Assembly (NCBI GenBank): GCA_951406725.2
Contig: OX597824.1
Span: forward strand, 64,418,001-64,482,000
Direction: 5' to 3'
DNA length: 64,000 nucleotides
Source of the DNA: Octopus vulgaris
Taxonomy: Eukaryota
Below, in pieces: positions 1 to 13,217 of this stretch; positions within the stretch are counted from its first letter, which is position 1; each line of letters starts with the position of its first letter. The translations under genes were made by a program, and so were the position numbers. The notes beneath the pieces were generated by a model. The model was not told the DNA's origin, made no database searches, and saw nothing but the letters and a program-made list of their open reading frames with translations.

Positions 1-272
1 AATGTTGTATGTGTCTCTTTAGCTCTGTAGGGTTGCATATGTGGGACACATTTCTCATTACTCTGCACAGAATAAATATATATTTTTTATCTGATAAAAT
101 ATTTACTTAGTCAACTGGTTTTGCTTTTGCTAATCATGAATAAGTAATTAGCGAAAATATTACAATTTTATAGTATCTTAGTAATGATTAGTAAAAACGG
201 AACTGGTTATATATATATATATATAAAACATATATATGTATATATATTTATCATTATTATTATTTTGTTTGG

Positions 273-482
273 GCAGTGGATTGGCAGAGGCAGTGGATTG
301 GCAGAATTATCAAAGCTAGAAAAAAATGTTTTGCAGTATTTGTTGTAACTCTTGGCATTATAAGTTCAAATCCTACTATCAACTTTCATTCTTCTGGGGC
401 CAACAAAAAAAGCAGCAGTCAAGTACTGAGGATGATGCCTGAAATCAATCACTAGCTTTGAGTCAAAACTTGAAACAAGAAC

Positions 483-533
<51 letters not shown>

Positions 534-729
534 GACAGTGAGCTGGCAGAATCATTAGGACGCCAAGCTAAAAGCTTAGCAGTATTTCATTTGTCTTCAC
601 GTTCTGTGTTAAAATTCCACTGAGATCAAAACTGCCTTTCATTCTTTCAGGGTCGATAAAATAAGTACCAGTTGAGTACTGGGGTCAATGTAATCAACTT
701 ATCTCCTCCCAAATTTCAGGCCTTGTGGA
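273..729 (+). mobile_element. Two tandem tRNA-derived SINEs (family A) separated by (TAT)n
   Basis: gagctggcagaa head and ...ctttcagggtcgataaaataagtaccagttgagtactggggtc core, recurring at 9669, 13980, 35235-35520, 42000 and 59363. Confidence 0.8.
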
Positions 730-829
730 TTATTGTTATTATTTTTATTTTTATAGCAGGTACCTCAGGAAATACGCATTCAGATTTGTAAAATATAAGT
801 AATAAAGATGTAAGGAAAATTTTAAGTTC

Positions 830-1090
830 ATAAAATATCAATTTAAAACATATAGATCTATAAAAATAGATAAAAATATAAATTCACAAAATTTTTAACA
901 TAGAAATTTAAGATAAAAATTATTAAATATAAATTAAAATATAAATTTATAAAATATAAGTTTATAAAGATATATAGAAATATGAATTTGTAAAATTTTA
1001 AGATAAAAATTTATAAAATATAACTTAAACTATAAATTTAGAAAATACAAATTTATAAAGATATATAGAAATATAAATTCATAAAATTTT
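830..1090. repeat. Very AT-rich degenerate tandem repeat (~90-bp period)
   Basis: Recurring aagataaaaat / ataaagatatatagaaatat blocks. Confidence 0.55.
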
Positions 1091-1759
1091 CAAAGGAATG
1101 AAAATTGATTTTTGAAATGGACTGGAAATGAAATGGACTGAAAAGTGAAGATAATATAAAACAAAATTGATTAAAAATGAATTTTAAATGACCTAAGATG
1201 AAGCAAAGTGAATCTGAAGAATGTAAAAGGAATTAACATTACTAGATCATTGATTTGGTAGTCAAAACTGTATGAAGTAAGCAAAAAGAATATTGCTTAA
1301 ATGGATGTACAGAGCAACCCAAAGTGATAACAGTTCATCAGAACAGAGTGGAATGTTGTTATGAAGTTCATTTTGCAACCAGTGTTTCCAGGTTCAGTTC
1401 CACAGCAAAATATTTTGAGCAAGTATCTTCTTCTGTAGCTTTAGCCATGTGCAGGAAATTGGTGAGCTCAAACTGTGTAGAATCCCAACATGAATGTACA
1501 TGTGTGCCCTGCATGTATGTGTGTGTATCTATGCATGTGTTTGTATCTATGTGTGAGTATGTATGTGTGTGTGTATATGTGTATATCTTATTTATGTATG
1601 CATGCACAGATGTGTGCATCTATGTATGTACATATGTATATATATGTGTGTGTGTGTGTACATATATACATATAGATACACATACACACACACATAAATA
1701 GAAGAAAGGGAAATAAAAAGAAGAAAAATGCACAGAATGCTGCTATAATTCTTGCCTCC

Positions 1760-2388
1760 AGTTCATCCTCGGTATTACAAGAAGTTTTGGTGGTCACTCA
1801 CTCAACTGCGCCCCACACATAATAATTAAGTGGATTGCAGTCTCAGGAGTTAGGTGGCTAGATGTTAAGGGTGATGTAGTTGCAGAAATTGTCTGGCAGC
1901 CATGACTGTGTTCTCTTGCTTTTGTGGCATGGTGCAGAGTCCTATTGCCAGACATAGGGTCTACCAGTAGCCACCCTCTTGACCCAGGGCAGCACTACCT
2001 CCTCCAGGCACTTGATGAAGACCTCCATGGGGAGTCTGGAGCCATGTGGGAAGATGAATGGAGGCATAACATCACCATCACTAGTGATCACTCCAAATAC
2101 CATGGTGTTGACTGGGTGTTTGATTTTTATCACTCTTGGTACATGTCCTCAGATTGACACCCAAACACTCTGAAATGTTCTTATTGAAGCTTCCAAAGCA
2201 AAAGCCAAGCAGTACAGCATGTTGTTTCAAAATTTCTGGCAAAGAGGATTGTGTCATGGGGCTGTTTTTCTCACAGACAGTGCCCAATGACCCTACTATA
2301 CTATGTGGTCAACAAAATCAAAAACAAACAATGCACATACGTGAAATTAAACTATAAAATGGCAACAATTTACCCATTGCAACCTCTG
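1760..2388 (-). mobile_element. Decayed Tc1/mariner (maT/DD37D-like) transposase
   Basis: MVFGVITSDGDVMPPFIF...PYVWQ-DSAPCH, followed by a decayed PPNS-DCNPL motif. Confidence 0.8.
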
Positions 2389-2496
2389 TGTGTATGTGTA
2401 TATATATATATATATATAATATATACATATTATAAATATGTGATGCATATATATATATATATCCTTACCTTCCACACACACACACACATATATATA

Positions 2497-2669
2497 TCAT
2501 CATCATCATCATCGTTTAATGTCCGTTTTCCATGCTAGCATGGGTTGGACGGTTCGACCGGGGTCTTGGAAGCCAGGCGGCTGCACCAGGCTCCAGTCTG
2601 ATCTGGCAGTGTTTCTACAGCTGGATGCCCTTCCTAATGCCAACCACTCCATGAGTGTAGTGGTGCTTT
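2497..2669 (-). mobile_element. RTE LINE 3' tip with (GAT)n tail
   Basis: Near-identical to 50037-50220; flanked by a duplicated tccttaccttc. Confidence 0.75.
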
Positions 2670-2962
2670 ATATATATGTCCTTACCTTCGAAACACATAG
2701 TAGATGAAACAGGGACAACTGAAGAAGGGGAATTTCTTTATGTTGTATGTCTCATTCTCTGTTTTTTTTATCGTTATTTGAAAAAAAGTTTCTTTCTATG
2801 TTTTTGCTTTTATGTTTTTGGTTCTCCTTGTGTTCAACGTCTTTTTGATGTCCTGTACCCATATATGCATGTATATATACATATATATGTAGGTATGTAC
2901 ATATATGTATGCATATATACATATATTTATATATTATTTATATTATATATATGTATATACAT

Positions 2963-3029
<67 letters not shown>

Positions 3030-3375
3030 TATACATACATATATATATATTTATACATACATATATATATATATATAAATATATAGAGCTTCATATTTTT
3101 CTGTCCTGCATGAGCACACATGAAATGACAGGGGTATTTGTTGAAGCAATTGTTAATTTACACTTGGATGCTCTTCATACTTTTGACCACCCAACCATGA
3201 CATAAGAGTAGAAACTTTATTTTGTTTGCTTTTTATCTAAGCACTGTAGAAGAAAAGAAAATTAGAATTCAAAGAAACTAGTATTGGTAAAAAATACTTA
3301 AAAAGAGTTCTACACCCACCTCTAAGAAAGGCCACATCTAAAACATTATACATAAGTGTTTTTGTATTGTTTATA

Positions 3376-3419
<44 letters not shown>

Positions 3420-3439
3420 TATGTGTGTGTGTGTGTGTA

Positions 3440-3602
3440 TAGGTGCAGTGTGGCCAAATTATTAAAAGTTCACTTCACAGCTATGAGGTATCAGATTCAA
3501 TCTCACTGCATGAGGTCTTGGTCAAAGGTTATTTTCTATAGCCTCAGATCAACCCATGTCTTATGAGGGAAATTTATGAGACAGAAAGTGCAGAGGAGCC
3601 CT
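3440..3602 (+). mobile_element. tRNA-derived SINE family B (degenerate)
   Basis: Same family as 11382, 15305, 16160(-), 17162, 22278, 28030, 28745(-), 33520(-), 48455(-), 49675. Confidence 0.6.
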
Positions 3603-4389
3603 TCAAGTGGGTTGTACCAGATGGAATTCAAAAGCACAGTCTTGTATGTCACACTGTGTCACACTAATTATGCTAAGATTACATGTGACAGTGGAATACT
3701 CACCTACGTACACACTGACTTAATTTTCAGGAAATTCAACCAACTGAATTCTTATTAATGACACCTCAGTAGAACCATACTTCCATCAATCTATTTATCT
3801 ATATATATATATATATTGACCTCTAAGACCAGTCCCAAAAACCACGGAACCATGACAGACTTGCCCAGAAACAAAAAAAATCCTTTCAATTCCACATTGA
3901 TCTTCCTCTCCCACACTGTACCTTAAAATAGCAAAAACCCTTAGCTTCACACAAAATAAAAAATGCTAAAACAGGTAAGTTCATCTCAAATTCTTTGTAA
4001 ACTCCTAAATATATCACCTTCTGTGTATATATATACTAGCAAACATGATTTTTATTGAACTCCTAGTATTTTTATTGAACTCCTAATACTTTTTGTTTAA
4101 TATTTTCTCAGATATTTACTTGTTAACTGTTTTTAATATTTCATTATTATTATCAAAGAATATATATATGTATTTTAATACTTTTGTGACAACTAGTACT
4201 TAACATGACAAAGCTTTTACAAAGCTTTACATTTTACTTTTGACAATCTTTTTCTAAAAAAGTGAAACCGGTCAAGTAAATAAACATCTTTAAAATTGCA
4301 TTTTCAAACTTTCTTTCATATATATATTGATGTATAGAGATGTGAGTGTGTGTGTGTGTGTGTGCACGTGTTATTTAATAAACAGTATA

Positions 4390-5283
4390 CGTGGTCTGAT
4401 CAATAAGTATCCAGACTATTGCCATAGAAACAAAGCTAAAGCATGCTGAAAAAATCTGCTTGACACAGACTGATCTTGAATTCTGCTGTGCATATGCACT
4501 AAGTTTTAACACACTTCCAGTCTTTACAGCAGTGATTGGAGGGAACATGTGTAGTGTGTGATGGTCATATTGACCATGATAGAGAAAGTTGAGCAGAGAA
4601 TCTGCATCAAATTTTGCCAAAAGCTTGGTGATACCTGTTCAGAGGCCTATGCAAAGTTTTCAAAGAGCTTTCATTGTTCTGAACACAATCAAGGAGATCT
4701 TGTGCAACTGAAACCCAGGTGTCATTTTGGTCAGCTGAAAACAGTTTTGGTACACATTTGACAGACACGCATCTCATACCCAAATCTTCAGTGATAATGG
4801 ACTGAACCTGAACTGATCCGTAACTAATTTGCACATTCTCTGATAGCCCACAGATGGTGATTTGACAACTTACTCTCACAGCTACACACACATCTGTGAT
4901 GTTTTTCTCAATTCTGCTGGTTGCAGGTTTCCCAGGACGTTTGTCAATATCGACTTATTTTCAGCCATCTTGAAAACGTCTGAACCACTCATACACTTGT
5001 GTGCAGCTCATACACTCCTCTCCATATACTTTCTGCAACTTTGCATAGGCCTCTGAGCAGGTGTCACCATGACAGTTTTCTCTGTCATGGTCAATGTGAT
5101 AATCACATGCTACACACATTCTTTCTAAGCACTACTGTAAACAGCAGAAGTAAGCTAGAATTATTAAAACTTGGTGCACATGCACAGCAGATTTCAAGGT
5201 CAATCTTTTCCAAGCGGCTTCACTCTGTGTGCTTTAGCTTCATTACTATGTCAACAGTCCAGATACTTACTGATCAGATTTCA
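4390..5283. mobile_element. Palindromic mariner-derived non-autonomous element
   Basis: TA-flanked TIRs (ggtctgatcaataagtatccagact / agtccagatacttactgatcagat); both arms carry the transposase 5' end (EQRICIKFCQKLGDTCSEAYAK). Confidence 0.8.
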
Positions 5284-5755
5284 TATATCTGAAATTTTTA
5301 GCAGATGTAAACATATGAATAAGTTCCTATTTACAAATTGGAAAACACAACCCTCTCCAGATTGAGCAGTTATACCACAAACTCTAGGCCCCTGTCCATT
5401 CAGTCTTATGATTTTACAGTGGAAGGAGACATAACTCTGATTCTCCCTTTGTCCTTTTTTCTTTTCTTCTTTTCGTTTTCCTGTGTTTTCAACCTTCCAC
5501 TTTTTACATCTGCTTTCTTCTCACCATTACTCATATTTTCTCATTCCATCATCTCACTTTAGTATGCTATGTCCATGTGGGCAGAGTCTGAGAATTGCGT
5601 GAAAGCTGTCTGAGTTGTTTTAATCACATGAAACTATTAGTAACCCATAAAGATATATACTGTGTTTATTAAATATTTATCTCTCCAGATGGAGTACTTT
5701 TTTTGTTGATCTTATCATCACGGAATAGTGCCCTTGTGGTCAATAAAAAGAATTA

Positions 5756-5790
<35 letters not shown>

Positions 5791-5794
<4 letters not shown>

Positions 5795-8325
5795 TAGTTT
5801 TATTTTTATTTTTATAGCGTGCTTTCACTTCACTACCGAGCGCAGCTCTGTGTGCCTTGGGTATGTGCTGTGATTTGTTGTGATGCTCTGATGGTTATTG
5901 TATGGAAAGTGTTCTGCGTAGGATGTGTGCAGTGCCTAGTAGTGCAATTTTCTGTATGTTATATGTGTTTGTAAGTCCTGGTGTTTTTGTTATGTATTTG
6001 TCTGAATATTTTTTTATCATGCCTAATGCACCTACTATGATAGGAATTGTTTCTGTTTTCAGATTCCACATTCTAGTTACCTCTATTTCCAGGTCTTTGT
6101 ATTTTGAGAGTTTCTCCATTTCTTTTAGAGACACGTTGTCATCTGCCGGTACTGATACATCAATTAGAAAGCATTTTTTTCTTCATGGTCTCTGACAACT
6201 ATATCTGGTCTGTTGGCCTTAATTTCTCTATCTGTGTGTATCGGCATATCCCAGAGTATGGTTGCTTTCTCGTTTTCTGTGACCTTTTCTGGTGTGTGCC
6301 TATACCATCTTTTTTCTGTTGTTATTCCATAATGTTGGCATAGCTTCCAATGTATGTAAGTTCCAACTCTGTCATGTCTGTGAATATATTCCTTCTTAGC
6401 CAGGACTGGGCAGCTAGAGATAATATGATTTATTGTTTCTTGTCCATCTCCACATATTCTGCAGTTACTTGTAATATTTCTTTTCATTACATGTTTTTGG
6501 TAATTTCTGGTGGGGAGGCTTTGCTCTTGTGCTGCAATTAAAAATCCCTCTGTCTCTGCTTTGAGTCCTGAGCTTCTCCACCATTGCTGGGATTTTCTTT
6601 GTCTATTTCTTTTGCGTTTAGTTTAGTCCAGTATTTACCATGAAGGGGTTTTTCTTGCCATCGTTTTATCATGGTTCGTTGCTGTTCTATTTTTAGTTTG
6701 GATTTCATTTTTTTTATAGCTTTTGTTGTTTCTTCATCTTCTTCTTCTTCTTCATGTTTATTAGGTGGTATGATTTCTTGTTTGTATTTGTCAGCTTCCT
6801 TAAATACTGAGAACAGTTTTTTGTTTTGCTCGTGTTTTGCCGCTATCTGGATCAGTTTTCCTTCCTTCTGAAGTAGATATTTTTGCAGTCCTATGGTGGT
6901 TATTTTATAGTAGTTTTCCAGCTGTATAAGGCCTCTACCACCTTCTATACGTTGTATATATAGTCTTTCTATGTCAGATTTTGGGTGATGCATCCTAGAT
7001 CCTGTCATTATTTTTCTTGTTTTCCTATCTATTTTGGTCAGTTCATTTCGTGTCCAGTTAAGGATATTGTAGCTGTAACTTATAACTGGGACAGCTAAAG
7101 TGTTGATACCTATTATCTTGTTTTTAGCATTGAGCTCTGTGTTTAGTATTGATCTAACTCGTCTATAATATTCTTTTTTATTTTCTCTTTCATTTGTGTG
7201 TGTTGTGTCTTATCTAGTTCATGGATTCCTAAGTATTTGTAAGTTTGGCTTTGGTCTAATTCTTTTATTTCATTTGCTTCATCTAGTGTGATGTTGTTAC
7301 TCTCAACTAGTTTTCCTCTTTTCATGGTTACTTTGGCGCATTTTTCTAATCCAAATTTCATATCTATTTCTTTGGTAAATCCATGAACTGTCTTTAATAG
7401 TGTTTCCAGCTGTTTGTCATTTGCAGCGTATAGTTTTAGGTCATCCATATATAAAAGGTGGCTGATCGTTTTGCCGTAACATTTATATCCGCATCCAGTT
7501 CTATTTAGCATATCAGATAGAGGTGACAGTGCCAAGCAGAAAAGGAGTGGAGAGAGCGTATCTCCCTGGAATATTCCTCTTCTAATGGGGATGTCTTTGG
7601 TTTTCATGAGTCCCTCTTTTGTTTGGAGGTGTAGGACTGTTTGCCATTTATTCATAGAGTGCTCTATGAATTTTATGATTGTTGGTGCTACTTTGTTAAT
7701 GGCTAGTGTTTCGAGGATCCATGTGTGGGGGATGCTATCAAACGCCTTTTTGTAGTCAATCCAGGCCATACTGAGGCCTTTCTTCTTTCTGTGGCTGTCT
7801 TCAGTTATGGCTTTATTAATCATTAGTTGATCTTTACAGCCATATGAGCCTTTGCGGCATCCTTTCTGCTCTTCTGGGAACAGTTTGTTTTCGTCCAGGT
7901 GCTTGTTCAGCCTTTGTGATATCACTGCAGTAAATGCCTTGAACATAGTAGGGAGGCAGGTTATTGGTCTGTAGTTTTCTGGTTTTTCTGTTTCATTTGA
8001 TTTGGGAATTAAGATGGTTTTCCCCTTCGTGAGCCATTCAGGCATTGTCTCTGGCTCTGCTAGTACGTTGTTAAAGTTTTCAGCCAGCTTTTTGTGCATT
8101 CCTGTTAGATATTTCAACCAGAAGTTGGGGATCTTGTCATGCCCAGGTGCCTTCCAGTTGCTTAGTCTTTGCAGTGCCTGGGTGACCTCTTCAGTTGTTA
8201 TGGGGGTCCAAGTTTGTTCAGATGCCGAGTTTGTTATTTTGATACTCCTTTTTTTTGGTGGTTCGTTCGCCGACCATATTTCTCCCCAGAATTCTTCCAA
8301 TTCTTCTGCCGTTGGTGCTGCAGTG
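5791..8325 (-). mobile_element. 5'-truncated R4/Dong-like non-LTR retrotransposon (RT + RLE endonuclease), frameshifted
   Basis: RT motifs NYRPITCL, IDYKKAFDS, GIFQGDTLSP, YMDD; CRICG..ETINHIISSC, RHD, RPDIV and KLSKY RLE motifs; embedded in (TAA)n on both sides. Confidence 0.92.
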
Positions 8326-8377
<52 letters not shown>

Positions 8378-8412
8378 CACATGCACGATAATAATAATAA
8401 TAATAATAATTA

Positions 8413-9497
8413 ATTCTTTTTATTGGCCACAAAGGCTGATATACATGATTGGAAAACATAAAGGGACAAAACAGGACGAAAGGTTACAAAAGGTTTTGTC
8501 CGTTTTTTGAAAGAAAAAAGTCCGTGTAAACAAGTTTTACAACAACGAAAAAATTCAACAATTTACAAAATTCCCAATAGAGGAGATGCTTCGAAAAAAG
8601 AAAAGGTCTCATGTGGAAAAACCCATAAAAGCCACGGGAGCCTGGTTAAAATGGGGGTAGAGAGCCCCTTTCTCCTTTTATAATACCTTTTTCAGTTACA
8701 GGCGAAACCTTACAATTGGTCCATTTACACTGGCCATTCTTGCACAATTCACCCACCTTTCAGAAAACTTGCTATCAGACAGCACACTCCTCTCTAACCT
8801 CATCTTCCTTTTCAAGTGAAACTTGAAAAAGTTGATGAAGCCTTGCCCAAAGAGGAAAGTGTCTGACTTTAGCCCTTTCAAACGGGTCCACCATACAACC
8901 TCTTTCGCCACAGCCACTAGGCACAGGAAAACGGCCTTGCCCTCCTTGTTAAGGGAGGTCGGCAGGGCAATCTTCACTATGGATTCAGCTGATAGCCAGG
9001 TCCGTCCTATATGTGACAGTAGCTGTTCGACATAAACCCATAGTTCAGCAATACTTGGGCACTGGACGAGTGCATGCAGAACGGTTTCGTCGTACTGGCA
9101 ACACCTCGGGCAGGCCCAGCTGACAGCACTTCCGTGCCGGTAGAGTTTATCTTGAACAGGCAGAGCTCCTCGGTAGCACTGCCAGGTGAGGGACCTTTGG
9201 AAATTATCCATTGGCCCTGGCCCGAAAGTTCTTCCAAACAGACCACTCAGTTTGTTATCATCAACACCTAGAGTTTCCCCGAGAACGTCATCGCATTTTT
9301 CCTCCACTAACCCTCAATAGAACGCTAGAGTGGAACTAAAACTGATCACATTGCCCGCCTGGCGGAGGGCGGAGAGAGCTTGACGGCACTCGAGATCCCA
9401 AGTGCCCTTTCTCGGTCTACGTTTGATCCAGGTCTGCAGCTCTGTCAGAGAGACGAGTTGCGGAAAGTCGCGTCTGAGAAAACACGACCACACCTGT
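8413..9497 (-). mobile_element. L1/Tx1-like LINE 3' fragment
   Basis: zf-RVT-type motif W...RGALPV...CPRC...ETVLHALVQCP; 3' UTR ending in aataaaaagaa plus an ATT repeat. Confidence 0.8.
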
Positions 9498-9500
9498 ATA

Positions 9501-9581
<81 letters not shown>

Positions 9582-9668
9582 GGGGGGAAGAGAGATACAT
9601 ACAGACAGGCAGACAGACAGACAGACAGATAGATAGATAGATAGACAGACAGATGCACAGATATATAT

Positions 9669-9897
9669 TATTTCTTTATTGCCCACAAGGGGCTAAACAC
9701 AGAAGGGACAAACAAGGACAGACAAAGGTATTAAGTCGATTACATCGACCCCAGTGCGTAACTGGTACTTATTTATCGACCCCGAAAGGATGAAAGGCAA
9801 AGTCGACCTCGGCGGAATCTGAACTCAAAACGCAGCGGCAGACGAAATACCACAAAGCATTTCACCCGGCGTGCTAATGTTTCTGCCAGCTCACCAC
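9669..9897 (-). mobile_element. Young SINE family A copy
   Basis: CpG-rich, full head/core/tail, B-box-like gagttcagattcc. Confidence 0.85.
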
Positions 9898-9924
9898 TTG
9901 AGATATATATACACAGATATATAT

Positions 9925-10217
<293 letters not shown>

Positions 10218-10779
10218 ACTCTTGTTAATAATGAAACATATGTAATGCAGTATAAACAATACCAAATTTTTTCTAGATTTCTTTTTTTGATATGTAATTA
10301 CTCTGCAATAAACATTTTTCAGTATTTAACAATATTCACTAATATTTTCAACTTTCATAAAATATAACATCTACAAATATACTTTGGCAATCTGGAATTT
10401 GCAGATGTGCTTCATGAGAATACAGCTTGAATTATTACCCTACCTACATACTGTATGTATGACATTATTCAGTTTTATTTCAAGATTCCTTGCCAATGGA
10501 GAAAGAGCCAGTTTCTAACCTAGAACCAAGACTCTTTCATTGGAATTTCAACATCAACAACAGGGTATTTTTGTTCATATGTATGCATGTATGTATGGAT
10601 GTATATGTGCAGATTTGTATGTTTTATTTTATGTATGTATTCTCATGCATATAGTTGCATAACTAGACATGCTCATATATTTAAATGATAAACTTCTTTA
10701 TGTATGTATGAGGTACAAAGATTGTCTGAAGTTGGGATTGAATAAGATAAGTGTTCCAATTGACAACTGGGAAGATTTA

Positions 10780-11255
10780 GCATATTGCTGAGAAAAATGG
10801 AAAAAAGTTGTGTATGAAGGCAAAAATGAATTTGAAAGGAAGAGAAAGGAACATACAAAGATCAAAAGAAAGATGAGAAGAATTGACAGGAATGATTTAT
10901 GAACGTGATGATCTTACATGTGATGAATATGGAAAGATTTGTCTTAGCAAGGCTGGGCTAAAGAGCCATATGAAATCACACATTGCACAACCGCACATTG
11001 ATTACAGATGGACAGATGATTTCGAATGCATACTCTGTCATAAAGAATGCAGATCAAAAAGTGGTTTGAAAAGACATAGCAAAGTTCATGGAGCTGTAAA
11101 CTATAGAATCACCAAGTTTTCTTGCACTAATTGTCAAAGAGCATGCAAGATTTTGGCAGGCCCCAAAAGCCATATTCGTGCACCTCATCGATGATATTCT
11201 AGGGCATAAAGAAATCAAGCAATGGCTCTACTTGAAATCTAGTTGCCAACCATCA
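10780..11255 (+). mobile_element. LINE (RTE-like) 3' end encoding three C2H2-type fingers
   Basis: C..Y/CGKICLSKAGLKSHMKSH; CILCHKECRSKSGLKRHSKVH; CTNCQRACKILAGPKSHIR, then a short UTR and a (TATG)n tail. Confidence 0.6.
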
Positions 11256-11381
11256 TATATGTATGTAAGTATGTATGTATGTATGTATGTACGTACATGC
11301 GTACATACGTACAGATGGACGGATGGACAGATGGACGGATGGACAGATGGACGGACGGACAGATGGACGGATGGATAGGTA

Positions 11382-11892
11382 TAGGTATGGCAGTGTGGTT
11401 AAGAAGTTTGTTTCCAAACCACGATTTCAAGTTCAGTCCACTGCATGGCACCCTAGGCAAGTATCTTTTACTCTAGCCCAGGGACTATCAAAAGCTTGTG
11501 AGTGGATTGGTAGACAGCAACAGAAGGAACTCCATATATATATATTTAAATATGTATGTATGTGTGTATGTGTATGTGTAGGCATATATATATATATACA
11601 TGTGTATATGTATGTGTGTTTGTGTTGACATAATGTGATAGTTGTAAATGCGTGTCACTGTCATACAAGCAATCATTATTCATTTCCAATATTTTGCAAA
11701 AAAAATATGTCTAACTATGGGAAAATATTACCTTGCTTAAAAACAGGTGAGAGTTGGTGACAGGAAGAACATCAAGCCATAGAAAATCTACCCCAATAAT
11801 CTGTCTCACCTATACAAGCATGGAAATGTAGGTATTAAGATGATGACAATGATGACAATGATGATGACGATGACGATGACAATGATGATGAT
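11382..11892 (+). mobile_element. SINE family B with RTE-type (GAT)n tail
   Basis: tRNA-like head, internal TA/TG microsatellite, tail ...gcatggaaatgtaggtattaagatgatgac. Confidence 0.7.
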
Positions 11893-12120
11893 ATATTTAT
11901 ATCCTTTCATGGTATAAAACATTATTGAAATTTGCAAAGTTTACAGGACAAACAGGATCAGGTAATTTTGGTCAGGAGCAAGTACCCCATGAGAGTAGAA
12001 GCAGAAATATTTGAACTGATGGCCATATATAATAAATGTATGTAGAAAGCTGGCAGGTGAGTAAATTATTTTTTTATATTACAATACATAAATTCACATA
12101 TGTTACACATTGTCATATAC

Positions 12121-12451
12121 TCTGAGTCTGAGACCCCCTTCGGACACAACACAGACCATGGGATTGCACCTAGAAAGTTGCCCTCCCAGGTACAAGTTCA
12201 GGCTAGGTTGTTTAGCCTCCTCTCTCCATGCCACCAGTGTTATCCAAGGGAAAGGCAAAGGCTGATACAGCTTGGCACCTGTGATGTCACAACTCATTTC
12301 TACAGCTGAGTGAACTAGAGCAACATGAAATAAAGTGTCTTGCTCAAGAACACAACATGCAGCCCGGTCCGGGATTCGAGCTCACAACCTCACTATCATA
12401 AGCTCGACACTCTAACCACTGAGCCATGCACCTTCACTATATGGTCTCAGA
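12121..12451 (-). mobile_element. Full SINE (family C) with 10-bp TSD
   Basis: A box tggctcagtgg, B box gctcgaatccc, core gtgttcttgagcaagacacttta; TSD tgtcatatac at 12111-12120 and 12452-12461. Confidence 0.85.
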
Positions 12452-13161
12452 TGTCATATACATTACAAATAATATTATAAATTATGTATATTCGCATTCA
12501 TCAAATATATAAAGAATGTTGCTGGGTAAATTAGGAATGTTCTTATCTTATCTCAACTTTAAACTTTAATATATTCTACTTGGCACTCCATTGTCTTGGC
12601 CACCTACAGTGATTTAGTCTCTTTACAAACAAGAATTTTTAATCCATACATACATACATACACTCACACACACATGCATACACACACTCATAAATAGAAC
12701 AGAAGATTATTTTGTTAGTAAATCTTTTCTCATCTCACTGATGACATTAATTTAATAGAAGCCTTCTAAGGTTTGAGAACAAGTAATTTATTGTGTATGT
12801 ATATGTATGCATTCATGATGTATGTATGTATGTATGTATGTATGTATGTATGTATGTATGTACGTATATATGTATGAGTGTATAGATAGATAGATAGCCG
12901 TTACACATTCACCCACAGGTCAAGTTTTCTTCTTGTCCCATCCCTAACACAACTATTTCATTTACTCCCTACTCACATTCTTTACATACCTAAGTAATTC
13001 ATAATGCTACATGGATTGTTGACCATGATAGACAACTCCTACAATTAACCACCACCCTACTTCTTCCAAATCCTTCCTTCTCACAGACATACATGCACAC
13101 AGGTACCTTCTACATATTTTACTTGTTTCAGTGATTAGACTGTGGCCATGCTGGGGCACTG

Positions 13162-13217
<56 letters not shown>

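Noticed and set aside
1324-3205. Many YIYI/CVCV/THTH ORFs here and throughout the window
   Set aside because: Dinucleotide microsatellite translations
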